A stretch of 60,373 nt of DNA, the filler included. It is 6 parts of 6 records of this genome, joined end to end, with 100 filler letters (N's around TTAATTAATTAA, not from the genome) between each part and the next. Parts side by side here need not be neighbours in the genome. Positions count along the whole stretch, not along the records: positions 1 to 8,626 come from SRR20825019_198; positions 8,727 to 16,904 come from SRR20825019_206; 4 more parts are not named here. One strand, written 5' to 3'. Below are positions 1 to 13,577 of the stretch, piece by piece; position 1 is the stretch's first letter; the number at the start of each line of letters is the position of its first letter. The notes below the pieces were generated by a model. The model made no database searches. It was not told where the DNA came from and worked only from the letters and a program-made list of their open reading frames with translations. The translations under genes and the position numbers were made by a program.

Positions 1-3000
1 TTGTTGTTGATACTGTAGTGATGATGATACACCACCACCAACGGTAGTCTGTCGACTATCTGCTTGTAGTGACACAATTAAGTTCGCAGCTGCAATCTGC
101 CTCATCGTCCAATCCGCGAGGCTGTACGATTTCACCTCCGAGAGAGATCTGTAGTAGAACTGCAAGGGACCAATATAACCCTTTCCATACTGATTAAACA
201 ACAAAAGAGGGGAATGTTCAGTAATACCCGATATTTTACCATCTGCCGCTTTTTGGAGATTTTTGCGCAGTTCCGACATGTCGAAATCTGATGATCCAGA
301 GAGGGATGGACTAGCAGTCGCACGCCAATGGCGGCTAAGGCGATCATACCACAGATACGATGGAGATGAACGCGAAGACGCAAGCATTTTACGTTGTATG
401 GTGGTGCTTAGAAGTGGCTGAGGACCATTGCCAACATTTTCACCATTTTGTTGTTGTTTTTTGGACGGTGATACTGATGCGAAGAGGCAGAAGGTAGGGC
501 ATCGAGTACCAGAGTGCGTCATGCATCGATGAAGGGCATGTTGTTGATTTGTGGTCAGGAGGGTGTTGTGACCCTCGAGGGGAAGAGGCTCCGATAACAG
601 CCTCGTCTCGTACCGAATCGATGAAACGGCCTCAAGGAACGCCACTATAACCCTCTGTAGCAGCACCACCATTTTATAGGGAATACCAATCACCAAAAGC
701 TGAATAATGGAACCGACTGATGGGGACGAATCACGGTTGTTTTTGTTTTGGGATTTTCTGACGGGGGAAGATGATGATGATTCATCATCACGACGCTTTG
801 TTGTTGTTGTAGTGGTACGAGATCGGTGTGGGGTGTTCATCTCATCTTCGCCGCAGTCATCATCACTTTCACCGTTGGGGGTGGCGGTTATATTTAGCCG
901 ATGGGCGAGCTGATCGTGATAGGTGCCCTCACGGAGTAGTACAGTGCTGTCCAGTGTGAATGACACTAGTGGGTGGAAGGCATGGGTACGGAACTGCTTC
1001 TGCCCCTTCGCCATCGTCAACAAATGATTTCCGAAAACCGGAGCCGCAAATCGAAGATCAGTTTCATCAGAGAAATTGTTAGGATCTTCCAGAGGTGTTG
1101 TCCCCGCGATCCATCCTACAACCGCCTTGACAAATGGCCACACGATTTTCCAAAACATCGGTCCGATCACCATCCGCACTAACAGCTGGCTACAAAACAT
1201 TGCATGGAAAAGGGTCAATGCAACAAGGGGTGCAATGATGTATGAGGCGACCACTCTGAAGTAGTTCTGTGTTAGGTGTAGTAGTCTGATAAGCAGTGAG
1301 GATGATGAACGCCTCCTCCTCCGTTTCTTCGTATTATCGTGTCGAGAAGAAGGTGAGTTTTCTGTGGTGCCGTTGTTGTTGGTGTGAGAGAAGCCTAGGA
1401 CTTGGTCTGCCAACTCTCTGCACACCCGAATGCTGTTTCCAACTCGCTTACAATACTCAGTGACAGGGAACACCAACAGTGTTCCCAGCACCACAGCAGT
1501 AATCCACACTCGAAGGAAGATCTCCAATTCCCAGCAAAATAGGGGTCCTGCAAGTGCATAGGGTGAGGAGGAGCAGGGACTGACCAACGCCCAACTGGGG
1601 ACGAATTCTCCAGCCCACACTGCAATGACAGATGCGGCGGATGATGATGGAGCAGCAGAGAGAGATGGATTATATGTAGTAGATGAGGAGGTGGTCGTAG
1701 TACCACTGTCATCGTTTACTGTTGGTGGCGATGATGGAGTAGTATTGGAGGAGGAGTTCTGTCGTCGCTGTTCTACATTACCAGCTGGTGATCCCTCCTC
1801 CTTGCCAACACCACCCTCCATCATCGTAATTGGCAAAAAGTCGAAGTGAATGGAGTTCAAAGGGAGGCCAAAAATACACAGCCGTGCGACGGAGCAGCGG
1901 TACATGGTGGCGTGGTGTTGATGCTGGGATGTTGACTCGTCAATATTCGCCTCTTCGTCTAGAGGTGATGAAGATGATGAACCGTGGTGGTGAATAGGAT
2001 TGTCGATGACGGAAACGACGGGAATTATATTGGCTGGAACCATCTCGGTTGTGTATTGTACGTGTGGTAGAAGGTTGGTGATGGAGTACCGTACTGGTGG
2101 TGACACAAACGAGCCCAATACAACCGTCAAAAGCCTCCCCATAAACAACACCGATCGACTAGACACATCTACCACGAACAGCTGTAGGTAAATACCGCTG
2201 CGCATTAACCGACGAGGTGTCGAGGGGACTGGGCTGTTGTTATTGTTGACAATGTTGTGGGTGGTGGTATGTGATGATGATGATTCTGCAGATGCAGTTG
2301 TGGAATCGGAGGTAAGATAATCCTCCGCACCATTGTTTTGATGATATTCTTGCTGCAATACAATTTCCGTCACCATCTTCATAAACCTTCCCCAACGGGT
2401 GCTCACGGAAGCCTTCGTCTCACCCTGCTCTCGATGAATTTGGCAAATGGACAACGCTCGAGCTTGTAACTCAGCTTGGTGCTTCTCGGAGACGATAAAC
2501 TGCGCAACCTCAACGTTAAACGCACTTCCGACTTGGGAAATGAATTGTGTGGTGGGACTGATTATAAACGCGTCGGCCGTTTTGATAAAGAAGACGGTTA
2601 CGTGCATCGTGAAGCTGATGGAATACGCAGTTGTTCCGAATATTGATGAGAAGATGTTTTTGACCAACGTACGCGCAGTTGAGGATGTTGCTGATGATGA
2701 GAGAGACGATTCTGAAGCGGCGGCGGTTGAAGTGGAGAGTTTCATCAAAGCTTCTGAATTTTCACGTTTTTCGTCGCTAGAGCTGCTTTGAGTTTGGGAC
2801 ATTGATGTTATGATGTCATCAGTCATGTCGATTCCGAGACTTGCGTCTAATTTCTTGGACTCCGTGGCTACATTTTCATTTTTCTGATAATCTGCATTGT
2901 TGGCCTCATTTTTATTATCGTTCTCCTTTTTGTTGTTCTGGCTTGCAGGTGACGATGATGGGCCGTCGAAAAGCGTGTCGAGAAGCTGCTCATCAGTCTG

Positions 3001-6000
3001 TGTCAATGCAGAAGTTGAAGATGAAGATTGTGAGTATTCCTCATCATTTCCCCCATTTTTATTATTACTTTTCTGCACCACCTCATCATTTTCGACGATT
3101 TTGTCGTAACCGAGTCCGAAGACAGCGTTATCGGCGACCAATACACCTGCCTCACTCCAAAGGGTAGTAATCGCAGTGATGAGCATCTTGAAGGACAAAT
3201 CAGTAGAAGCAGTAGTAGTAATGGTGGTGGTGAGATCTTCATCATTATCGTTTCCCCCAGAGGAAGTGGAAGTAGTATTGCTGTCATTCTGAGATGTCGC
3301 CATCATCATGCCCCACTCCTCTCTAATGGATAGTGCCATCGGCTCTAGCCTCCCCTTCAGCAAATCCTCCGTTACCGTGCTAGTAAGGAACAAACACACA
3401 ATTGTAGCAACTAACAACATTACGAATGAGATTTGTGGGGCATCTGGAATTCCTGCTAATCCCATTCCACGATCATTATCATGACGCTTTCCTCCTTTCT
3501 TATTACTATTATTCAACAGACAGCTGTTGGCGGCCGCATTTGTAGAAGAATTGGAGCGGAATAGTGCCATGGCAGCTAGTCGGCCTGATATTAGCCAGCG
3601 TCGGGGTAGCCAAGGCGTAACCTGCCTGCACGTGTGTCCAACAGTACTGTGCACAAATGTAGAGGATTGTGTTCGGTAAGATGCTGCGCATCGACGAAGC
3701 CACGTTTCAAGATACAATAATAAATCGTAAAAAGTTGCGTGGATCAGGAAGTTGGTCTCATCTCCCCGAACGTTGGATGTTGAGGAGAGTAGGGGGAGGG
3801 GTGTTGACGCGGAGGTGCCAATATGGGTGGCATGGGGCGCTACTAACAAACCCCTCCTGGCTGCTAACCAACGCCCATTATTACTACCATCATTACCTTG
3901 TTGATGGTGAATGAATCTTTTGCTGGGGTGGAGATATTGTTCGGCGGCGATATTTCCTGTGTGAGAGGTACGGAGTGGATCCGTACATGGCACAAATCGT
4001 AAATGCTCAGAGAATTGGAGGTACTCTAAAAGTGGTGCGCATGCACGTTTCTTGTTAATCTGCAGGGCGGTGGTGGTAGAATACGGGTCGTATATAACAT
4101 GGTGTGTCATACCGCCTGAGCACTGTCTAAACAAGCCCCACGAGTCAGCGGCAGGGGTCGAGGTAGCAGTAAGAGAACCTCCACTACGAGAGCCATTTGT
4201 ATGATGCTTGCTGATCCACTTTTCACTATCACGGGCGGTTTGGGGGTCAGTCTCAACGACACCAGGAACATCCAGTGGGGATGTAAAACCAGTGGTGACA
4301 ATAGTGTCGCGCATCATGCGCTTTTGTTGCTGCGGGTCTGGACTTCCTTCATTTAGACCCTCGTCTGAGAATTGATCTGGCGGGAACGCAACAAATTGGT
4401 CTGGTATTCGAGGGGCAGGAGACGAAGATGAGTTCCCCCCTCCACCATGTGGTTGGTTGGACCTGGAGTGTTCATCACCTTCAGATACGACGGACTTAGT
4501 ACCCATGAGCGAGGTATGCGGAAGAACGTTTTTAGATGAGGAGGTGGTGTGCTGCTGATGATGACGGTGTTGGTGCGACGATGGAGGAGGGAGTGTGTAG
4601 GTTGCAGGGAGGCCGCTCAGGAGGTCGTAATCGGGAAGGTGCATTTCAGGGTACATACGGTTCTCGAGGAATGTTGTCAATGCAAACGTGGCATCCTCCA
4701 CAGTTGTTACCCTTGTTGTATCCAAGTCATGGTTATGACCCCTAGCCTGCCGCCTCCTAAACTTCTCTTCTGTTTTAAACTGCCGATACAACGCTGCGAG
4801 GTTTCCTGCGGTTTCGAATTCGTCGAAGAGGACTGTTGAGAGTCGGAGGCGTCGTTGACGATATTGGTGCTTTTGGCCTGCGATGGCGTACTCTTGTAGC
4901 CGCTGTGCTGCGATCCACGTATTACCCAACCAACGCTTGTACAACAACAAGTAGAAACTTAATATTCCTACTATAATCATTGCAACACGTGTTAGCCATA
5001 TATTGGACGAGAGGGCACATAGACAGCTAGCGAGGACATGCATGTACAATAGTAATGCCTGAGCGTTGGAGGTGATAAATGTATATAGGTTGTCGGTAGA
5101 AGCGGCTTCATCCACCCCATCATCCTGCTGATGTTGTCCTTCGATGCTTTCCTCATCTTTTGATGATGATGATGATGCGGTTGTGTCGCCTTCAGTGTCG
5201 TCAAAGTGAGAGGAGTGAGAAGGTTCTTGAAGATGATTGGAATCGTGGTAGGAGTGAGGGGCAACAGTAGTAGTAGTGGTGGTGGTGCTTTGATCTTCTG
5301 ATTTGTAGAGGTAGTGATGATGATGATTGTGGTGGTTGATACTTGCATCATCCTGATGTGGTAGAGACACCACCGACGCAGAGAGGGGCAGCAACAACAT
5401 AGAGCTCATAATTAACACTGTTACACATAGTAGTTGAAGTGGCTTCTGGCGCCATGCAAGGCGAAGGAAGGAAATGGCCTCGACAACGCTGAGGAGGCAA
5501 AACACATTGAATGTGTTTAATGCCCCGTGGAAGCTCCCTACCGACCCACCAGGAGCTGATGATGACAACGAAGAGCTTCCACCACTTCGACTTGAGTGCT
5601 GCTGTTGTTGAAGTCGATCACTTGCCCTACCACCTATAAGAGGGTTGGGATCATGTCGATCGTGATGGTTGAAACTAGATGATAAAAGCATGTGATTCCG
5701 ACCTCGTGGTGTTTGTGAGGATGAATTGTTGTCGTCAGGGTTAGGGACTGCGGATGAGGTGATACCCTTTTGTCTTAAGTATTCAGACTGCTCAGATGCC
5801 ACAAATTCGACGAAGGAATCGTAATCAGCTGCAAGGAGGGGTGTGGCGGATGGGGCTGCAGAGGAGAGCCCATTCGCTTCTCCGCGGCGTGGTGTTGTTG
5901 TTGTTACACTGCTGCTTTTCTTAGAGGATTTTTTCCGGTGAGTATTTTGGTCGCCGTTGGATAGCTGGGTCATAGACGTCGGAGCAGCCGCTCCGTGCTG

Positions 6001-8625
6001 TGTCCACCAACACGACGCCTGTAACAACATACATGCTGAAGTAGAAGTGTGATTGTGATGAGCAGAATATTTACCTTTAATTTCCTCATTATTCTCATTT
6101 TGCTGTTGTTGTTGAGAGATACCGTTTTTGTTGTTATTATTGGTAGGCATGATAGAGCTAGATGCAAAGCTACTACTGCTTATTCTAGATGAGCTACCCC
6201 CTCTGAGTCCCGAGAGGTCTTCCCCGTCATCGAAATTGTTGTTCTTGTTGGTAACTTGTCCAAATATATCGTCCTCATCATTTTCCACAACAACAGCTTC
6301 TGTGTCCCGAAGTCGAATCAGCGCTGGTGGTTGCCTCTTACCTTGCTGTTGTTGTTGATGAGATGATGATGAGGGAATCAACATTCCCCCATTACTACCA
6401 CCACCACCTCCAACAATCGATGAAATCGGCACGTCGAGGGAGGCGATTACAACAGGGGGATTACTTGGTGTTAGTGACGATAGAAGAGAGGAGAGCGTTT
6501 CGAATTCAATCAGGGGGGCAGTAGCTGCTGTAGAGGGGATCGTGGAGGACGATGCTCGTTGTCCACCACCACCACTCTCAATAATAATATTGCTCTCGTC
6601 ACCATCATCTCCCCTTCCTCCTCCTCTTCTTCTGGGGGACTTTATTGTCGATGCTGATTTACGAGGAGGTGTCGCACCTCCTCCCCCCCTTCCATCTCCA
6701 GCTGTTGTTGGTCGAGGAGAGACGACAGGGGACGCTCCAAGGCTGGGGGTCCAACCATCACCACCATGAGGGGATGATGAGGTCGTTAGATGATGTTGGA
6801 CGCCATACGCAGCCCGAAGGCGATGTACGTTCAGAAGAGGCACTAACGTATGTGCATGACCAGCAACATTTGAAAACAACAATGTTGGTGTCTTCCGTTG
6901 TTTTTGGGTTGTTTGGGATGATGGTGAAGTTGGAGAGGACGACTCATCCGTCATTTTATTCTCATCGTCATTATCATGGATGTCCATAAACACGGTTCGG
7001 ACGTAGGGCCCAATGGCCGTCCTACCTGCTGCACCAGCCACAATCGGCTCCACAGTTTCAGTAGGAGGCACCAGGTCACTTCGCTGCGCACCACTACCGC
7101 TTCCATTATTATTATTATCACTGCTGCTCTGGTGATGATGGTGGTTGGCGGCGGCGACAGCGGATGAGTGTTGAAGGAGGTAGAGATCCCTGTACGTCTC
7201 AGTAGATGATCCAACAGCAATCATAGTCGCCTTTCTCTGATTAATACTCTTCTCTACTACGTTATTTTCATCTGAGTTTTTGTGATTATTGTTATTTTTC
7301 TTCTCCGTATTTTCGTTATTCTCAAGAGAAGGCAGGGTGATCACATTGCTTGTGCGTATACTGTCCCCACCGCCGCGTCTAGAGGCCGCGTCGAGGAACG
7401 CTACAAGACTATCAAGACGATTTTGAACAAGAAGCGTACGTTTCTTGAACTTCGGGAACGAAGCAGTTGTAGTGGCTGTTGGGTCAACAATAATGCTGTT
7501 CTTATTGTGATTGTTACGACGGTTTTGGGCGAAGTGTTCTTGTCGTTCGACGGATGGGAATTCCACTGGCACTACATAAACGCATGCCCTCACTGAGATG
7601 GAAATAGTTGGATCCGCAGCAAGGTGACTACCCTGCTGCTTACTGTTGTTGTTGGCGACGGTGGCGGGATTTGTGATGTTACTGGGGAAAGAGAAGAGAA
7701 GGCTGTCGGTGTAGCCAATGTCGATTTCCTGAGGTAGTAGAGGTGGTGGTGGTGGTTGAGTGTGGGTAGAGGAGGGAGCAGAAGTGGTTGTGGGTGCAGA
7801 GCCAGTACTTGTGCTTGTTGTTGTAGTAGAGAGGGGCGTCGCGGCAAGATTAGCAGACGACGACATCAACCCATCCAGAATTTCTGAATATTTCTCTGCC
7901 ACATCTCGACGAGAGGAATCGCCCTTTGTGTTGAGAAGTCGCACTATGTCCCGTCGATCGAGTAAGAAAAAAGTCTCGTCCGTCGATGTGGAGGCCGTAG
8001 CGCAACCCTCAGGCGAAAACACTGTCTCAATGCCAACAACCACATGATTTGTCAAAACTGTCGAATCTTGACACGCAACACCTATCTTTTCTCTTTTGGT
8101 AGTGGTGGTGCTATTGTTGTTGTTGTCAGTGTCAGATGTGGTTGTGGGGGTTGTAGTGGTACCTGCAGACATCATCATCTTGTTGTCATCGTCAGATCTA
8201 CTAGAAAGCGACGAAGCCGACAACCTCCTCGCACCCATTCTCATACCACCACCTCCGCTACCATTGTGATTCCCATTCCTCCTTGTGGCTGAGCTGTATG
8301 TTTGATACAAGGGAGGATTCTGACCACCGCTTTGAGTGTTGTTGTTGTTGTCATTAATGTCACCATCATCGTCTGAAGAGGAGGTAGAGATGGATGCTGC
8401 AGCATTATTATTATCTAAAAGGGGCGACATCAATTCACGTTTTTGACGCCATCGTCGGAGTCGTTCTTGTTGTTTTTCGAGGAGTGGCTTCAAACGACTT
8501 TCGTATGGGTAGCTGATAATCTGCTCCCATTTCTTCACCTCCTGGGCGATTACGTATTGGTGGTGGGCCAGACGTGGACTGAGGCACGAGATGGGGTCCA
8601 AAGGCCGAGAGGTGGAGTTCTTCGA
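1..8625 (-). CDS. Giant intronless eukaryotic protein, internal fragment (~2875 aa, open at both contig ends); S/T/N/H/Q-rich low-complexity tracts and several hydrophobic segments; function unknown
   Basis: I scanned every + frame-1 triplet from 1 to 8625 and found no TTA/CTA/TCA, so the matching minus frame has no stop. Translation is protein-like, e.g. RVAMIIVGILSFYLLLYKRWLG (~4990-4925), QISFVMLLVATIVCLFLTSTV (~3435-3375), FRVVASYIIAPLVALTLFHAMF (~1260-1195). Absent from the ORF track because no stop lies in the window. Confidence 0.9.
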
Positions 8626-8626
8626 T

Positions 8627-8726
8627 NNNNNNNNNNNNNNNNNNNNNNNNNNNNNNNNNNNNNNNNNNNNTTAATTAATTAANNNNNNNNNNNNNNNNNN
8701 NNNNNNNNNNNNNNNNNNNNNNNNNN
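8627..8726. other. Artificial contig linker (N44-TTAATTAATTAA-N44)
   Basis: The same 100-bp spacer occurs five times; TTAATTAATTAA puts stops in all six frames. Confidence 0.99.
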
Positions 8727-11700
8727 GGACGGAGGGGGACGGTTGAGATCTTAGGTAACGCGGCCACCAACGATGATGATGGGGTAGGCACCACCACCGC
8801 AACAGCAGCAGCATCCTTACTGGATGTGGTAATTGTGGTCTGATGTTGTTGTTGGGCGGTGGGCTCGGAGGCAAGGATGGAGGCCAGTGGGAGGATATTG
8901 CTCTCACAGGCGTCTACAGTCCCACCACCACCCTCCTCTTGCATGATGCCTTTCTGCCCACAAACACCACCCGAGTCGGTAGTGGTATGTGCAGATGCCC
9001 CCCTAAACACGGTGGTATGAATGGGGGAGAGGTCGTAGTGTAGCAGGCAGTAAGGGGCAAAGAGGGGTGCGCTGCAGAACTCAGAGAGGGACTCCACCAA
9101 CACAGAAGTATGCAGGTGGTCCAGATCAGTAGGAACCGTTGCAGATGATGAAGCAGATGATGGAGCATTTGTGAGTCCTCCCCCCTCGGTAGTGAATTTG
9201 GATGATGGGGCTGTCGACGTTGTGGGAGAAGCAGGGGTAGAGACTGACTCTCGAGTTGGCATCTTACTATCACCACTAACATTGTTGTTATTATTTGGAT
9301 GAGCGCAGTCAGTGATAAGATGCCCTGCTGCTAAATCAGCTGCGTGATCGAAGTGTGGATCCGGCAACGTTCCCACGACCGTTGTGGTTGCAACATCACT
9401 ACTACCACTTCCATGGAGGAGCCCTGAGAGGACAATCTTACGCATCCGGGACAGTTTAAGATATGACCTCATCACGGCCTCAGATCGATCTAACATTGAC
9501 ATGGAGGAGGATTGTTGGTGGTGGATGGTATTGATACAGTTGGAGGACCCCTCTAGTAGGTGGGGTAGCATGGCGTACTCCTCCTTGGAGAGGCCGCTAG
9601 AGATGGGGCCGTCGTAAGAGGATAGGGCATGGGTGGTGGGAGGACGAGTGGAGTGTCCCCCGCTACTGTATAGAAGTGACATCGCAGGGGCGGCAGTAAT
9701 GAGGTGGCATATGGTGTCATCGATGGCGTCGGAGCGAGAAAGTTGGGCAGACAACGCCGACAATGCCTCATCATCAACTCCCCCAGTACCGTTGCTACTG
9801 GGTAGTATGAGACCGCCACCATTAGCAGAAGTAGATTTAGCGGGAGAATCGAAGGCCGATGATGATGCACCCTCTCCACCTTCGACGGTTGGGGATCCAG
9901 CGGTAGATTGATCGGATAGGAGAGCGGCCCCACTACCGCCCTGGGGTTGGTGGGGTGGTAGGAGTAGGGAGACGTGATCTACTAGGTCCGAAACGGCCCT
10001 GATGAGAGTAGAGGAGAAGGGGGTAGTAGATGTAGCCGCCTCATTATTATCGTCATTACCACCATCGGCGGGGGGGATGGAGTTCAGGGTGATGGAGCGG
10101 CTGTGCTGCACCTGTTCGAATGCCAACAGGTACGACAACAAGTACGAACTAGAGTGGCCAAGAGAGCTTACGGGGGTAAGGATGGTGGGGGCCAGGAGCT
10201 CCTGGATCGGCTCCAGTAGTGCACCCTCTAATGTCTGAAGGGTCTTTAAAACGGTAGTAGATGTCGATGATGAAGCATAGGGACCCTTGTGGGAACGACG
10301 CAGGGAGCCATTTCCTCCTCCTGTACCATTGATGTGGTGTGTAGTTTGCTTCTTACCTCGGGTGGTGTTGTCGTAGCCTCCAAGATCCGAGGACGACGAC
10401 GATGAGGCGTCATCGGCATCATCATCATTGTTGTTGATGTTCTCCTCGATCAACTGAGAATTGGTAGTGGTATCGGACACATTAAAGTCTAGTACCAGGT
10501 GCAAAGTACGTAGTAGTTGAGATAGAATTACTATGTTGTGCTCCGATGATGATGATGAGGTACCACTATTTCCATTACCTGAGGAAGAGCTGTCAGCCAC
10601 TGTCTGTTGCTGGGGGGTAGGGGCCTTGGGGGCGCCGTTCTTGGAGGTAGTGGATGTCAGTTCCTCGAGGGCCTGACGGTGTCGGGCAGCCTGCTCCCTC
10701 TGCATGGTAATGGCATCAAGCTCCTGACGGAGGGATGACCCATCGAGGACAAGATATACCCTGTATGGGGTGGTGCTGTTTTTGTTGCTATTTTGGACAT
10801 ACAACTTGGATGGATGACGGAATAGAACCCCACTATGATTATTGTTTTTATGAGGGTCATCCCCCTCTCCGTTTCCTAAGAAGCACATAACCTTCAAGGC
10901 ATGATCATTAGGCAGGTGTGCAGTTGGGACCGCATCGACACCATCATCGTGATCACCGCCCACACATCCCAGCCGTGAGGTAAGGGATGATGATACAGGT
11001 AGGTGAATCAGTGGGGAGGAGGACTCAGAAGCACCAGCACCGCTACCCTTCTCCTGTCGGCGATGAGTAGCAGCAACAGGCAGTAATGACGCCGAGGTCG
11101 CAGCATCGCCAAGTAGCGCTACTGCAACACTGTTCAGGGCAGAAGCAGAGGATGATGATGATGGTGAGGCGGTAGGGTTGGTGGTGGAAAGGAGTGCTCG
11201 AGACAACCCACTACGGACTACTTGCTGTAATCTCAGCATGGTTGGAGATGGGGGATGAGGGGAGCTGGTGGAGGGCTGGGTACGATGTAGGATGCTCTGT
11301 GTCAGGCCAATACCGTGAAGCTGTACTACTGGTGTCACCGCCACAATACCGCCATTATCACTACCACTACCTTCACCGCATCGATCCACCGATGCGTAAT
11401 AAATTGTGTTGGTGACAATACTATTATTGCTATTGGATGACGACGTTGCAGTAGTATTATGGTAGTCGTCAGGTGATCCCATGTCAAAGGTAGGGAAGCG
11501 TATCAATGCAGCAGCGTAGCCAAGAAGGTTGGGACCGTGGTTACAGGAGGTGCCCGTATGGTGGTGGTTGGAGAGGGCAGCAGAGACCATATCCAGGCAC
11601 ATCAACTCCGCAGACCCCCGTAGTAGATCAGATACGGACATGTGGGTAGCAGTGTATACCATCATCATCATTGTGTCATTGCTAGCCTTTGTAGTTAATG

Positions 11701-13264
11701 TAGTAGCTGGAGATGCGGTGGGAGGAGTCATGGCAACCGTTGAGGAGGAGGCACCGGATGTTCCACGTCGATGCTGAGGTGCCACCATCACTACGACACC
11801 TTGTCGGATCTGTGCGGAGCCGTTGGTGGCGACAAGTAGGGATGCATGGACAAGGTTTACGACCATGGCTTCGGGGACGAGAGAGGTGGCTGGATGGCGG
11901 ACAAGGGCCAGTGACAGGTGTAGTAGTCGATGCAACAAGGATTCATTCAACGGAGTTGATGAAGATGATGATTTGGTGATGGGATGTGGTGAGGGGGTTA
12001 TTGTTGGGGTAGAGGTGGTAGGAGAAGTAACTCCTTCATTATTCTCTTGGCGGTGTGGCTTTGAGGCGGTAGGGGTTGGGAGTACCACCAAAGTTCGAAT
12101 CATCATCAACACAACCTCCGAGGTGAGGCATAGCGTCTGGGGAGTAAACATTGCCATGGGGGAGGAGGGGGAGTCGATAAGGGCCTGAAGGGCAGCTACT
12201 GCTACCCCTAGTACCGCCTCCACACCAGCATTGTATTGCTGCTGACGCTGCTGATGTTGCTTTTGCTGCTGGCGGAGGTGTTGTTGTTGTTGTTGGGAGA
12301 GAGGAGATGAGGATGATGTTGGTGATGATGATGGGGTTAGCATCCGGTGGGATGGACCTCCAAGAAGTGCAACAGCAAGCAGGAAGGGATGTAACAATTG
12401 GATGGGGGACAATGATGAGGACGATGCACCATCGCCAAGTAGGTTGGACCGCAGGGCACGTACCGCTCTCGATACAACACTAACTGGGTCCTCCCCCTCC
12501 ACAACCCCCACGTCACTTGACAAAGTGTTTTGGTTGTCGTTTTTCGATGACGACGAAGATGTTCCCATTAGGATGCGTAGTAGAGAGTGTATGAGGTGCA
12601 CACGGGGTTGTTGGGCGGGGATGGTAGTCTGGAGGAGGGCATTGAGAACGGACGATACCCCTGATACATTCACCGACCCCGATGGGGATGATGATGATGA
12701 GGCAGTGGTGGTAGGGAGCACTCCCGATGATAGTAGTAGCAGTACCGATGGTTCCCACCCCAACACCTGAGTAGGATCCCACACCCCACCCCAGGCACCA
12801 CTGGCAGCCCCAAAGGCAGCTGTCAACTTATTCATAGTGTTGGTGATGGTCACATCTAGAGCCGCATCGACGACAGCTGGGTTGGTGGACTTGGTGAGGC
12901 TTCTTAGAAGCTTCACCTGGGGACGTGACAGCAACGAGCCACCACCACCTCCAGTTGTGGAGTGCGACGTTGTGGACGTGTTATTATTTGTAGCGGTGGA
13001 AGGACGTGGTGGGAGGGACGATAAGGCCAGCTGAATGTTTTGGAGGTGCATGAGTAGTACCGCACGGTCTCCTGACGATGACTGTGGAGAGGAGGGAGAT
13101 TGAAGGACCTGGTGATGGTGGTGAGTAGCAGACATTGAGGGTGGAACAACAGTCGCATCCGCAGCAGAAGTTGTGGATGTAGTTGTATCAGTAGAAGCAG
13201 GGGCATTGGTAGCAGGGTTAGCTCCACCGCCGAAGAAGGTTCGGAATGACGAGGTAGAGCTCAT
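8727..13264 (-). CDS. Large low-complexity eukaryotic hypothetical protein (>1510 aa, 3' truncated by contig end)
   Basis: Intronless ORF from ATG 13264 running into the linker. Poly-S/T/Q/N/G tracts alternate with Leu/Ala-rich helical segments. No recognisable catalytic motif. Confidence 0.8.
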
Positions 13265-13577
13265 AATTCCGTAGGTATGTAAGGGGTACGGCGGGATTCG
13301 ACGATAATTTAATAAATACTAAACTCTTTTAAAAGGTGATTCGGGAGTAAGTGGGGGGATGTAATAATATGGTTTAGACAATCTGTTTGACAGCCAGGGA
13401 ATTGATGAAGGGGTGGTCGTCCTTGAGACCCTCTCGACCCCACCACCAACATCGACCCAATACGACACACACTAAATTTCTGATATTGTAAATCGTACAG
13501 GATGTGTATAAATGTTTGTTTGTGTTGTGTGTGTTCTACAGTTTGGAAAGGTGGGGGTTCATACAACCCATACCACG

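Noticed and set aside
1-8626. Possible stop-codon reassignment or pseudogene, suggested by many short ORFs
   Set aside because: One minus-strand frame is fully open under the standard code
700-13200. Trinucleotide microsatellites (GAT, GTT, GGT runs)
   Set aside because: In-frame homopolymeric amino-acid tracts of the large ORFs, not independent elements
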